Both the position numbers and the translations under genes were made by a program. From Takakia lepidozioides (lineage: Eukaryota; Plantae; Bryophyta), in the NCBI GenBank assembly GCA_030704615.1, contig CM060733.1:51212001-51276000 (forward strand): a stretch of DNA of 64,000 nt, read 5' to 3'. Each line of letters opens with the position of its first letter. Position 1 is the first letter of the stretch. A model generated the notes under the pieces. That model did not search any database. It was not told the origin of the DNA and worked only from the letters and a program-made list of their open reading frames with translations. Shown piece by piece: positions 51,506 through 63,973 of the stretch.

Positions 51506-51759
51506 GATCGTTTCACTTCAAGGAGGGGTTTCATGATCTATTAAGAATCCAGCCAGCAGCACACGGTGGCGGAATGAGTACCGATAAGGTGCCCTATAAC
51601 CACAGTAGATCCAATAAGCCTTGGGCATCCAATATACGACACCGTAGGTCAGAAGACTATTCTGAGACAGATATGTTACGAGAGAGGGGAGAAGGAATAC
51701 TTGCAAGCGCTTAAAAAGTCTGGGCTTGGGCTGGAAGAGTGGCTGCTTTGATTCCCCAT
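46916..51759 (-). CDS. N-myristoylated EF-hand + TLDc domain protein (MEAK7/TLDC1-like, plant OXR/TLD family)
   Basis: Eight exons (~51759-51701, 50951-50849, ~50635-50531, ~50415-50330, ~50092-49850, ~49555-49368, ~47565-47382, ~47231-46916). Starts MGNQSS; EF-hand-like YQLLDLTGDGFIQR; TLDc motifs WVLVYHSSAHGLSFNTF, YGGFASQPWEKHSDFYGDMKSFLF, NGIGFGG, IECWAV. Confidence 0.9.
47752..48008 (-). mobile_element. Three stacked 3' ends of family B retroelements in a TLDc-gene intron
   Basis: GAATGT(A)CT(T)CAT(A/G)AG starts at ~47764, 47841 and 47891. Copy 47893-47994 has a 14-bp TSD GAGAGAGGGAGAGA (47879-47892 and 47995-48008). Copy ~47766-47829 is flanked by ACAGACCA..AGAATGT repeats. Confidence 0.8.
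49336..49363. repeat. (GA)n microsatellite
   Basis: About 14 GA units directly after a splice donor of the TLDc gene. Confidence 0.9.
51461..51503. repeat. (CT)n microsatellite
   Basis: About 21 CT units in intron 1 of the TLDc gene. Confidence 0.9.
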
Positions 51760-54700
51760 CTTAGACTGCAGCTCAAGTTGAATTGCACAATGTTGTAAGG
51801 GGTTTCACCCCTCGAAGGTTTGAGAGTTTCAACCATCAACAACCTGCACCAGGCGCGCAAGATATGGAATAACATACTGTTGGATGTTTTATCTCAAAAC
51901 TGAACGCGCTCCAGTGTGGGCCCAAAACAAGGGTAGCAAGCTTATGCGACAAGTATGACCGACGGAATGCCAGCCCCCACCTGACAGTGATTTTACTTAA
52001 CCTGACTGTTAGTTGAAACCACCTTCAGTTTGATTGTGGACTCCACAGTCTTAATCAAAGCCAGCTACAGCTATATAGCAACTGCTTCGAAGACTGATCG
52101 TCAGATTTTCAGCCAAACTGGTTCTCGTCACTTCAAGGCATTCATAACTTTGGCTTTTCACGTGAGAGTTTGTCCCATGAGGGGAATTGGAGACATTTCT
52201 CAAGTCAGGTATAACCCTAATTGGCCGACAATCTGAGATTATATCAAAATAACGGAAACCACTCGAGAGGGAGAGACACATGCGTGTGTACCTTTCCAGA
52301 TGTGAGACTGCGGGTCATGCCCCCAGCAGCAAATTGGTCCCAATACTATTTTGATAGTCTGAAGAGATCGCAGTCACCTCTCTTGCACTGCCTTCTGAGT
52401 ATGACACTAGCAATTCTGCGGCCCAGCAGTTCTTATCAGATGGGTGGACTTCGTAATTTCAGTCCTGATTGGGTTCGGTGGGCTGCTCCGAAAATGTGTC
52501 ATTCGACACTCAGAAAGACAAAATTGGCGGCATGAACTCAGCTTAGCGCAGGGACATCGCCACGAATTCAGAATTGACAGGTACACGAAGAGGACAACTC
52601 ACACAGCATGGTTGATAGGAACCAAACAGCGTGACCCCAGCACTTGCAACCTGCAACCCGTTGCAACGACAACGAGTGAAACCACACCTTACACAATACA
52701 TTCCATTTTATAGACAGGGTAGAAGCGCCAGTCGAACTTGAGGTACGTGTAAATGTGACAAAGTATATAAACACGATAAGACCGACGCATATCAGACTTT
52801 CACTTACAAGGCAGAATGTCGACAGAGAGATAACTAAATTCACACAAAAGAGCGAGACGAAATTTCCACCATAGTTAGAGGAGAGGATGTCCAGAGAAAG
52901 TCCAAATGGACGGATTGACAGTGAACCAAGTAATCTGAGCCTGAGGAGAAGAGACGTACACAGTGAGAAATATGGCGGCAAAACATGAAAGCGGCGGCAG
53001 GTGCAGGTCTCGCTCTCTTCTCTTCTCTCACCTTATCTTTGATCTCTTAACAAGCTGTTAAGTACAATCCAAGAACATCAATTACGCCCATCCAGATGTT
53101 CCCACTTTATGAACTTCCTTTCCTCTGCGCTGACTTCGATCCTCTTGTCGATGCGGTCTAATTCAGTTACTAATTCATTGCATGGTAAAGCGGGAACCGC
53201 AGCATATGGACTTTTATGTTCAGATCGACTGAAACAGCGAGGACTGAAGTTCAATCAATCCACATAAGTATCACCTTGCTTCTCGGCTACGAACCCGCCA
53301 CCCCTTCCAAAGATGGATGCTGTCCGATCGCCGAACAAAAGAAGATTTTCACGTCTATGACCGTACCGAAACTGGCAGTCCACTCCAAAGAGTGTCAAAG
53401 CTCATTTCGATGTGATTCTTTCGTGTTAGTGCGCTCGCATTACGTCCCATTACCTTTTCTTCAAGAGAGAAGTTTGTTGAAAGAGAAGTGCTTTCTACAC
53501 TAGGTACTTGTTAGCCATTTTCACTTCCATTGATTGAGCTTCCACTCAGTTTACTTACAACTTGCCAGCAAGCAGACATGGATCTTTGTTTCTTTGTCAA
53601 ACAACCCGCACAAGTGTACATGATGAGTGACAACTTGTGCTTTCATGGAGTATGTCATTGCAAAGATCCACTGTTTTAGAGTGAGAAGGCCACCATGCTG
53701 TGGGTAGTGTAGATGCTCTCACTCTCACTACTTTCACTTGTCTTGTAAATGAAGTCAGTGAGACACTTCAGGAACCAGAAGGGGAGTGTGTTTGCAAAGG
53801 ATTGTGGATTGGGGTGGTAATGTTTACCAAAACAAATGAAGGAGATAGCATTGCGATATTGTGGTTTGCCATCTTGTACAACCCATCAAATCTCAAGTCC
53901 ACTAGGGCAAGGTGCAACAATCAAACGACACTTTTTACCTCAATGTTAAAAATCAATGGAAACATCTGCACAAAACTCTGATTGAGGAGTTTCATCTGCA
54001 TGCACAGTGCTGAGGTTGTGTCCAGAAAGGAAAGGAAGGAAAATACTCGGTTCAGTTGAGAAGATTGTCGATTTCAGCACTGCATACGATCCAAACTATA
54101 GAAACCAGAATCCTTCTAGCCATGCACAGAGCTCTATATTAAGAATCAGGCCTTGGTCAATATCTTTAAAGGGTCCACATTGGATCACAATTGTTACTTC
54201 CATTCCAAGAGACATGATACTGCTTGTCTAAACCTTGTGATATTTACATGAAGTATGATTACAAACTGATAATGCACTGAAAATACTACTAGCTGGTCTT
54301 CTGTCTCTGTTATCTTTGCGTGTTCCAATCAATCACTCCTCATACCACATGCAAACAGACAATCATTTGTTCTTGCCCAAGTGTTTTCCTGGATTTGAGA
54401 ATCCTAGCCCAAGGGCAGGATTCAGAAATCCAGGTGGATACCCTGGCAAGAAATATGGCCGAATAAGAAAATTTCTGCCCATGCCCAAGGCAAAGGTAGG
54501 AATATTCCTGGGGCCAAAACATGGAATCCATGGCAGAGGATTTCAAGACATGAAGGTACTCAATTTTACAAAGGAAAATTTCAGACAGATTTTTAAGATT
54601 TACTACCTAGCCGAACAAACATGAGAAGCTCCAAAACATCCTGCATTGCACCAAGATACTTTGGAACTTTCCTTGCTTTTCGGATCAGGATGGGACGAGA

Positions 54701-57419
54701 GCATCAATGGCATTCACTGTGAACAAACTGAATGAGTGGAACCTATCCTGTGAAATAAACAGGCCAGCGTAAAGAGTTCCATCTCAATGTCCACACTCTT
54801 TTTGACCCAACAAACCACACCTCCCATCAGATAGAACTTTCAATCATCAGGCCAGGAGAGGTCATGCAGCTAAATAGAGAACCGTCCACCCACATAAGCA
54901 CATGATACCTTTTTCTAGTGCTCCAAACCAGCAAAGCTCAATCACCAGGTACTGGTCTCAGAAACTTGTTATGACCTGACGACTGTGGCCAAGATTTAGA
55001 GCCTGAAATCTCAAAACACAGTTATCCACAAAACTTAAACCTCGTGGACAGGAAGGGAAATGCTCACAGCAATGATGTAATTTACCTAGACTGCAAAAGA
55101 GAGATGATGCAAAGCTGGATTGAGTGGCTATATAGCACTGAAGGAAATTCCACTTGAAACAAAACAGGCTTGCTGATCCATAAAATAAGAGACAGTAAAG
55201 CTTACAACATACCTTTTACACCCAGTGCTTTTCTCTCATCTGTGTTCCATGATGAAGCTTCATTTGTAGCTTAGGAACAGGTTATGGTCCAGTTTAAGTC
55301 ATCTCGAAGGCGTCTGATCCTGGTTTTGGGCCCGACTGCATGAGCATCGACGACAAATGATCTTTGACAGACTCATATTAGTCCAGAATTATAGGAGTTC
55401 GATGTGCCTTCGATATGGAGATAAAAGCTAGAGGGGCTCATCTGAACGGTAGAATGATGCCATTACAAATAGGCCACCTGAATAGGTTGTCAGGTGTATC
55501 GCAAGCTATAGGCGTGCAAATCCAACCTTATGGGGGTAAAGTGGGTTCTAACAACTGGCCGACTTTATCTTTAAAGCATCATCCTTGGGTAACTGAGGAC
55601 TATACCAGCTACATCATCCAAGGCTCCCTTTGGAACCTTTGATGGAAAGTAAGGTGGGAAACATCTTGAATTAAACGTTGGTACAGGCTATTGGACATAA
55701 CGAAAGATATTGGTGGCAGTGCTGCTGTTTAAGTACAGCTTTCCGGACTGTCATCAAGGACAAGGGGTGGACTATGTCCTCCAATATCCTCCAGCGGATT
55801 TACATCTTCTTATAGCTGGTACGACTAAGGTGGGCACAAAGATCTACCTGATAGCACGAAATCAAGGACAGGACCACCCCAGCGCTCAGAACCACCTTGC
55901 CTATTGAAGGTTCTTCCAAGGAACTCACCTCCAGCTTCCTTCCAACTTCCCACTCTTTTACGGAGTAGGAAGGGCCACGTCGAGCAGGCCCACCTAAAGA
56001 AAAAGCTGTCCCACTCACCCGATAGCTTTGAGGGGGGACCACACTGGCAAAGGTCGCCCCTTGTGCATTGGAGAGCAACATTTGGACCACAAAGGAGAGG
56101 ACCTTTGGACTCGCATTTGGGAGAATGTTCAGCAACAAATCCTGATTAGCAACCTCACATAGCTCAACTGAGCACTCAAGACCTAGCGAAACACATACTA
56201 TTGATTACATGTACTGTAAAGGTTTGCACACACCTACATCGAAGATTCAAGCAGAACTGTCCAAAAATGCACATGCTGGACTCTGTTGCATGGCTGTGTA
56301 TCACTGCTGAGAGAATCAATCCTATAAACGAGCTGTGTACTCTAACAAATATGGGAAACAAAAGGTTCGGGAGAAGAGTATGGAAATCGAAGCATTTTGC
56401 TCAGGTGAGACCCTATGTTCAGCCTACTGAGTGATTCAGCATCGAAACCATGTTGAGCCCCTCGTATGTCTTCTTCATCCAGCGAATAAGCCTGCCAAGA
56501 TAATCTCGGCCAAGCACGTCCACACGAAGTACTCATATGGGCTCGTCCTCCTCCTCCACTTCACCCTTGCAGATATCTAAGCACGGGTTCAGCCGTGGCA
56601 CCATTCATCAATCTTTGGTCTATCGCACAATTCATCAGACTTTGGCCGTCGCGCCAACGAGACACAGTTGTCGAGCGTATGTGAACATTTCCAGGACATA
56701 TGAGGCGCCAATAGGTTCACTTGCCGTCGTTCATCATAATAAAGGGAAGGGCTGACACACTGCACGTAAAAGGGTCCAAAAGTCACGCAATCTGCCTACC
56801 TGTGGCCGTGGTGCGAATTGAATCGAGAGGCTAACAATAACCCGCCACAATGCATGCTAACACGTAGTCGCCCTACAGAAGCTTTTGAGGTCCATACCCT
56901 GGAGAGAAAGGATGTGCAGTGGGCTATTGTTTGCAGCCTCAGGCCCAGAGACCCAGCAGGTGATGCTAGAAGGATGGCCTTCCAACCAGCCCGCGGAGCC
57001 CCGGGTGATCGTATGTCGGACATTGGTCACTCAGTCTGGATAATTCAAGCCATGAAAATGTCATGCTCCAAATATCTGGTACTGTAGGGCATTGACGAGA
57101 TGAGCAATGTGCCCTTCGCCAAGGATAATAGAATGCCATCGATTGATTAACTGTTTCATGCAAACGAGAATAACGATCTTCGGTTGGAACATTTAGAAGG
57201 ACCAGGAACGAGACCTGGGCCCCCTAGTTGTGCTATTTTCTGCTTTTCTTGGAGGTCCAAAGGCAGCGAGGAAGGAGAAACTGGATTGTCGGTCAATACT
57301 TAACCAGAGATTAAGTGTGGGTGCCTTTAACAGAAGATGAAGGAGGATGGGGGGAGCGTATGGGAAAAGGAGAAACTGCAGGATGTAGACCAACCTGGTT
57401 ATCTCGTACCACTCACTCT

Positions 57420-60400
57420 TTAACGGCGGCCTCCTCGCGAGCGAGGATTGTAGTCATCACCACGGTCACGACCCCCACGGTATGGCTCATCACGGGCAGG
57501 CCCACGAGGGCCTGGGTGTCGAGCAAATGTGAGACGTAGTACATATGAGTCATGATCAGTCTCATCAAATTTGTAGCCTGCAATGTTTAAGAGAAACTGA
57601 TCATTTGGATGAATTACCCCTGCCTTACCGTCCTTCCTTCTTCATTACATGCTAAATGTACCTCTCAACATGGAAACCTTTGGTGTGCTGCAGGGTAAGA
57701 AAATTCCATAACATGTGCATCTGTCATAACACACATTCCATAGCAAAAAAAACATAGTTCTACTCCAATAAGCTACCGGATGAGACTTCAAAGCACTATA
57801 GAATCATCCACAAGTATAATCATCGTGTGGTCCAAGATGATGTACTCCAAACCAAGTTAATCTTTCTGACTGGCATTCATATGTTTTCCTAAAACAAATA
57901 CCACTGACACTCATCTTCTTTACATCATTGGTGTTTTCACACACAGACCTAAGATACTGGCATTTAAGTCAAACACTTGGACTAGTAGATTAGTGTGATC
58001 CTTCCACACTGAAGCTCAGAAGTACCTTGTAATGCCTCTAAAGCAGTGGCTGCACATCTTGCATCAGCGAACTCTACGAAGCAAAGCACCACCTTTCCCC
58101 CATCCGCCTGTGACGTTTGTCAGTATCTCCCCCAAACCAAACAATGTTAGCAACAGCCTCCTCTGTCAGACCTGGACATCTCTATCTCTCTCTCCTCCAC
58201 TGCCCTTTTTCCTCAACAGAATGACTGGCACTTGCACTGTATGTGGCTGGTCACATTATGGCAAGCTAGAGATGCACGACCATACTGCAAATGACCAGTC
58301 CCTGACCAGATTGTAGTTGGGTGTGCCTGAGCACTACAGCAATTCCAGGTACTCCCTGGTGGGCTGGTGTCTGTGGGGCTATGCATGGACAGTTGGCATC
58401 ATACCAACCTTCTCAAGGGAGGAATTGCTTTGACTGCAACTTAGCAAAACACAGCAAAAGTTTGCAACTTACTCGTTTCGCATCTTTGTGAACAAGGCGT
58501 ACTTCTTTAAAACCAATGAATGGACGAAAGATATCTGTGGACTACATTAAGGAATCCAACCAAGCCTTGATCAGCCAAAGGCAACCATGAATTGAAACTA
58601 TTTCACTTATCTAGTGAACTATTGTCTGCAAGAGCCTGAAAGCTGCCAATCTTTGAAAGCAAGGGAGGATACGTGCTGCCTCTCTGCGAGAGCAGTCCTG
58701 AGGAAGTCCATCCACGAACAGGGTGGATGACGCATCAGGGGGCAGCACATCGAGGGCCCCACGTAGCACATCAGCCTCCGGTGCTACGCCATTTAAGCTG
58801 AGGCCCCCGGGTCTACCACCCATGCCAACATCCAGACCCACCAAGCGTCCCCCAGGGCCCATGATGGCTGTATCATCAGGAAGACCCCCCAGGGAAAGAG
58901 GCCCTAGGCCACCACCTCCTCCCCCACTCAAACCCAGCCCTGGACCCATCCCTAGATCACTACCGCCCAAGCCTCCACCTCCATAGGGCAGCTGCAAAGC
59001 AAAAACCTTCGAGTGAGAGCAGCATCCATAGAAACATTTATATACCCCCACGGAAGGTGGCCCACTGCCCCCCACACACACACTCACAACACAGATGATA
59101 TACTCCATAATAGTTGATGTTCCCAGACAAGAATACTCATTACTTCCCAACACTATGCCCAGTGGTAGTGAGTCCATTGTAGATATAATTGAGGAATTCC
59201 TACACCATAGATCACAACTGCACTCTTGTTTGATATTTAACTATCTACCGAAGGAGACAATGTACTCTTATAATAATAGCTGTTTCCAGCTAAACTGCAG
59301 GACTAGAATACTCCTTCCTTCCCAACACTATGCCCAGTGGTAGTGAGTCCATTGTAGATATTAGTGAGGACATCCTACAGCATAGATCACAACTGTACCC
59401 TTGTTAATTTCACTATCTACCAGGTTCACTTTGTGCGCACGGGAACAAAAATGTTGAAGGGAGAAACTCGTACTCGTACAAGATCTGCACCCAAACCATC
59501 GCCATCCCTCCAGCGACTACTGCGATCATCATAAGCTCGCTCTCTTGGAGTATAACCCACATCTCGGTCAGCTCTCGAAGAACCATAATTTCCTCGAGAA
59601 GGTGGCCCATCCTCTGCGCAAAATTAATAAAATGAATCTAACTGGCACATCCCAGTTTGTATCTCCAACTACAGCATTCAGCTAGTTGCTTTGTCCAACC
59701 AGCTTCAATCACTCCAGCTCCACAGGTCCATGACGTTCCAAAATAAACAAGGAAGTAACCACCATGGTGCCAACAGATTACAAAGCAAAGTCGAGCAGAA
59801 ACGTAAGAATTTTCTATTTCTGATATACCCCAAAAGAATCACTGGTTATTGGTCAGACTGCACAGGCACGAAATAAACTCCCACCAACTGGGCCCCAGGC
59901 TTTGCTGTTACATATCAAGGCAAAGAACTCACAATGCAAGGTTTGCTTGCACCAAATGAAAAAGCTACAAACCTCAACCCAGAACCACATAATTGATGAA
60001 GCTAGAAGCACTTCTTACACGCAAGCAAACGTGGACACAACAGAGGCAATACTATGAGGGGTAGCCATTGGGCTCAAGATGCAGATTCATTCCCAGTAGT
60101 AAGGATACAACCCCCCCCCAACACACACACACACAGAATGGGTGTGTGTGGAAGCTAACTATGGAAAACAGCCATCCAGCCCACCAGCCACATATGCTTC
60201 AAGAAAATAGCAAAAACATGCCATCGACAGCCCAGAGCAAGAACGACGGAAGAAACATCAGAGAATGTTGCATCTAAAAAGTTAGGAAATCCAACCGCAG
60301 AGCGACTATAAGCACCCAAGTACGAAACAAAATAAACAGAAGCGAAGAACAATGAGACTGCGAAACTACTGAGTGGGCAGAGAACAAACCATAATCGTTC

Positions 60401-60753
60401 ACAGGTGTCAGGCCTGTAGATCAAACACATGTCATGAGATAGTGTGTTCGCACAGCTACGGGCTATACAAGTAAAACAATATCAACTATGGTCACAAAAG
60501 AGAGAAGCGAGCATGACTCATGGGGAGGCTAAAACTTGACTTCAAAACGAAAGCAGTAGTACGACAGAGGGCAATGGAACAACAGCCGACAGAAACGAAA
60601 CTATCCGGAGACAAAGAAACACAAGGTTGAAGACAAGAACTCGAAACCATACTCACCATATTCTCTCCGCGAGCGTTTGGTCGGCGTAGATCCCGACCGC
60701 CGACCATCATTCCCACCTCCTCCATACCTCCAACTCCCTCCATAGTCCCCCAT
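57420..60753 (-). CDS. Single-RRM RNA-binding protein (nuclear speckle RNA-binding protein, NSR/RBP1-like)
   Basis: Exons 60753-60657, 59613-~59475, ~58992-58673, 58534-~58473, ~58107-58026, ~57577-57420. RRM: LPPDASSTLFVDGLPQDCSRREAA|HIFRPFIGFKEVRLVHK|...VLCFVEFADARCAATALEALQ|GYKFDETDHDSYVLRLTFARHPGPR. Gly-rich linker and RG-rich tail. Confidence 0.9.
58535..58672 (-). other. U12-type (minor spliceosome) GT-AG intron
   Basis: 5' splice site GTATCCTC; branch point TTCCTTAAT (58554-58546) ending 11 nt before the intron's 3' end (CAG); no polypyrimidine tract. Confidence 0.85.
59131..59421. repeat. ~118-bp intronic direct repeat x2
   Basis: GAATACTC...CTTCCCAACACTATGCCCAGTGGTAGTGAGTCCATTGTAGATA...CATAGATCACAACTG...ACTATCTACC at 59131-59249 and 59307-59421. 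Confidence 0.85.
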
Positions 60754-62329
60754 TTCCAGCTCTAGCTCTTTGCCCTCCCCTTCCCTTCCCTTCTTCCTCC
60801 CTAATCCCGCCAAACTCTCGTCTTGGTCCTGGATGGATGCACTCTCTATTGGTCTCTTGGCTAACAACTTGAAACCAGACAATCCGCAGACATTAAGAAT
60901 GCAAGCAACTGTTGTCAACACCGGAACCGATGCTGCCTCTTACAGTTGCCCTCTCCCCTAACTGCCTCCCGAACCTAATTTGCTTGAACCGCTTCTAACA
61001 CTCTCTGCTCCTTCCCAAGATGCTCCACAGACTGAACCCCAAAGATTTGCTGACCCGCGAATCCGTCCGCCACCGTCTACCATGCGGGCCGGGTCAGCGT
61101 TTGGCCGGGTCCACCCGGCCCAGGCTGAACCGTTGTTGCCTAGAACGGTCGGTCGACCGTTACCCTAAACTGCTTTCTCCTCGCCTGCCTGCCAACTGTT
61201 CTCCCCATACTCTCCCTCTGTTGCAACTGCAGATCACAATTGCCATACTTAGAAGCTTTGGTTGAGCAAAATCTTTCATCTCGCATGCCTTCTTGTTCTG
61301 TTTTCGACTTATCAAAATTTCTCCTCATGTTTGCTTGCTTGCTATCTGTGCAAAGTGTTTGCAAGATTTCTGTAGAGGGTTTTGGGACTTTGTAGGGTTA
61401 ATAGTTCCTAGCTGGGCCCTTTCTTCACAGCGTTTTGGTTTACACAGAACACGGCTGTAGAATGCTTTGATTTCCTTCTGAAGGTTTTTGCAAAGGAAGT
61501 AGGGATGTTTGAAAATAGGGATGGCATGCATTAGCCTTCACCTCCAAGATCTATCAATAGCTGCTGGCGACTACTGGATGAGTAGGTAGATAGAATAGAT
61601 ACAACCACAATCTAGAGTCCATGATCTGAAGACCTTCAAGGGCTTAGAGGTTTTCATTCCCAAATGGATAGCTCTGTCCAATCATGACATGGAGCTTCAC
61701 CTGTAGGCATACATTGGAAGCTTCAAATAAAGTACATTTCAGGGCAGGCATTTCAAGGCAGGCGTCTATGTCTGGGAGTTCATTCTAAGTTTGAAACAAG
61801 TGATACTGTTGCAATTATGATACAAGAATATGGCAAGGAGTATGTTGGTTTGAAGTAAGAGGTTGACTAATGCAGTGCGAAGTCTGTTTATGTGTAGATG
61901 TGAAAAGCATGAGGAGAGTTTACTCGCATTACAAATGGATAGATACAACTGGATAGTTGGGAGTGTTGGGAAGAAGTTTGGGTCCTGTCAGTCCTCTTGA
62001 CCTCGAGTTCCCTGCTGAGTGATTGTAAGCAGATGTAGGAAATGCCAGCCCATGCTCGTTCAGACGTTCTCTGTGGAGACTCTTGCAACAGCCCACTTTC
62101 GAACCAACTGTCAGGACTGCAAACTGAAGCTCCTGACTGTTCCTTGTATCCATCCAGGACTGTTCCTGAGAGGTGCTTTGATCACCTGAAGGCCTATTCA
62201 GCTCAGAAGGCAAGTTTTGCAGTTCCTGTCTTGGGGCAATCAAGTACTTCAACATATTGTATGTAGTTTTTGCCCTAAATTCGACACAGCTTCAAAATCT
62301 GGTCTAAATGTAGCGGATGGGAAAAGGAA

Positions 62330-62644
62330 CTAAGTCCTATTTTTTGGTGTTTCCGGAAACAAATGGGCAAGATCTGGATCCGAAAGGTCAAGGTCTAGCC
62401 ACCCTCTCAACAACATCTCCTCCTGGAAATGCAAGGGAGGTGTGACTGGGGGAGCCGCCTTTAGAAGCTCCTCAAATGTTGAGCGGTCTCCATAGGCTTT
62501 TACCACTGCCAAAGCTGCCCTTGCTGCGCTCTCATCCACTAAAGGGGATGGCCTCTTCAGACTCACAGACTCTGAGCTGCTTTCCCGAGATTTCATCTGG
62601 GGAGAAGACTCTGAACCACTTTGTGTTGCTTGATTGTTACCCAT
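62330..62644 (-). CDS. Hypothetical 104-aa protein with a possible N-myristoylation signal
   Basis: ATG-initiated ORF MGNNQATQSGSESSP... in a good context (AAGATCCAGATGGG). Ser-rich N-terminus followed by an amphipathic-looking segment. No recognised domain. Confidence 0.4.
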   Translation of the reverse strand: MGNNQATQSGSESSPQMKSRESSSESVSLKRPSPLVDESAARAALAVVKAYGDRSTFEELLKAAPPVTPPLHFQEEMLLRGWLDLDLSDPDLAHLFPETPKNRT

Positions 62645-63973
62645 CTGGATCTTCTTCCTTGCCCAGCCTCTGGAGTAAGTGAAGTAGGACGCGTGTGCCT
62701 ATCCAATCTGGTGTGAACCAACAGTCCCTGCAAAGCCAACTGACAAAGAATATTATAGCAGGATCGATCCAAAGCTTGTCTAGAAAAAAGAAGCTGTGTG
62801 AAAATTTCCAAAACACTCTCCTCCTGGGCAGAAATGTCCAGTATAAAACTGCAGCCACCAACAACCACAACTTGTGAAGACATTCTTCACGGTAACGCCC
62901 AAACAGTGATGCCAAGTCTCTGTGTCTGTGTTATATGTTCTTTGAAAGTACAAAATTTCTGGAGCAGGCTACACCTCAAATGTTATACAGGCAAGCATGA
63001 GAACTGCAAAAAGCAAATTGGCCAAACATCCAACTGGCCAAGTGATGCAAATGAGAGAGAGGAAGAGAGAGCGAGAGCTGGCCAGGAGAACAAAAACTAG
63101 GGTTTACATTGTTTCTACATATCCATGTGACATGCATGCTTACTGTGTCAAATGGCACATGGATTATGAACCCTTTATAGTTTACGAACCCTAGATGAGC
63201 GACAACAGCACCCTGGTTCCAGCTCTTTAACAAAAGCAACCCTACAATCTCAAGAACTCCGCATGGTCGGTCTATGGATTGCTAATCCACGCCAGTTCCA
63301 TGCTGCAATTAAATCGAGCCATTGAGACAAGCTTGTTCCCTTTCGAGAAAAGGGATGTCCACCTTCAGCTCAAAAGCTTGATGTCATGGGAGTGTAATTA
63401 GGTTCTAATACCATCACTGTCCAATTGAGTCCTTCACCGATTCAACACACAAATCAGCGGGCAAGAGAAGGAGAAGTAAAAATACCCGAAACAACTTAAT
63501 ACTTCATCATCCTACAGCCACACCGCTTTGTCTAATAATACATTCAGTGCCACAAATGTGAGTGCAAGAGATAGAGAAGCACAATGTCCAGAACAACTTC
63601 ACAATCTACCGTCACACCTCCGGTCATTCATCGAAACAGAAGGGAAACAGAAGTACAATTCCACAAAAAAAAACTTCAGCCTCCATCAACCTCCCGGGGC
63701 TTACACAACATTAGACAAACACCATCAAGAGGAAAACACAGACCTGCACTTGTTGAGATCCGATCGTGTTTAATCATCGAATCAACAATTTCCAGCTTTT
63801 GTCAACTGAATGTTCGGAACGTCGCCCGTTTGCAAGCAGCTAAACTTTCGTCTCTCTCTCTCTTTCCAGACAAACAGCCCGCCGCTCGGGGCCCATTCTC
63901 GTACACAATACACTGGAATTTTTATTATTTTTCCATGAAAATCGACAAAAAAGAACAGTAACTGTTCAGGGAC

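Noticed and set aside
50952-51700. U12-like donor GTATTCCTT in TLDc intron 1 (also GTATTCCTC at 8972)
   Set aside because: The extra T breaks the RTATCCT register and there is no TCCTTRAY branch site near the acceptors, so these are treated as U2 introns.
55245-55322. C/D box snoRNA-like ATGATGA...CTGA pair
   Set aside because: No convincing terminal stem, no recognisable rRNA or snRNA antisense element, and antisense to the local gene; expected by chance.
55800-57023. Small ORFs downstream of the RRM gene as a separate gene
   Set aside because: They are short, have no recognisable motifs, and I could not assemble a coherent spliced reading frame.
59335-59380. Hammerhead-like GAGTCC...GAGGAC stem II in the intronic repeat
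   Set aside because: The catalytic core is absent: no CTGANGA upstream and no GAAA downstream.
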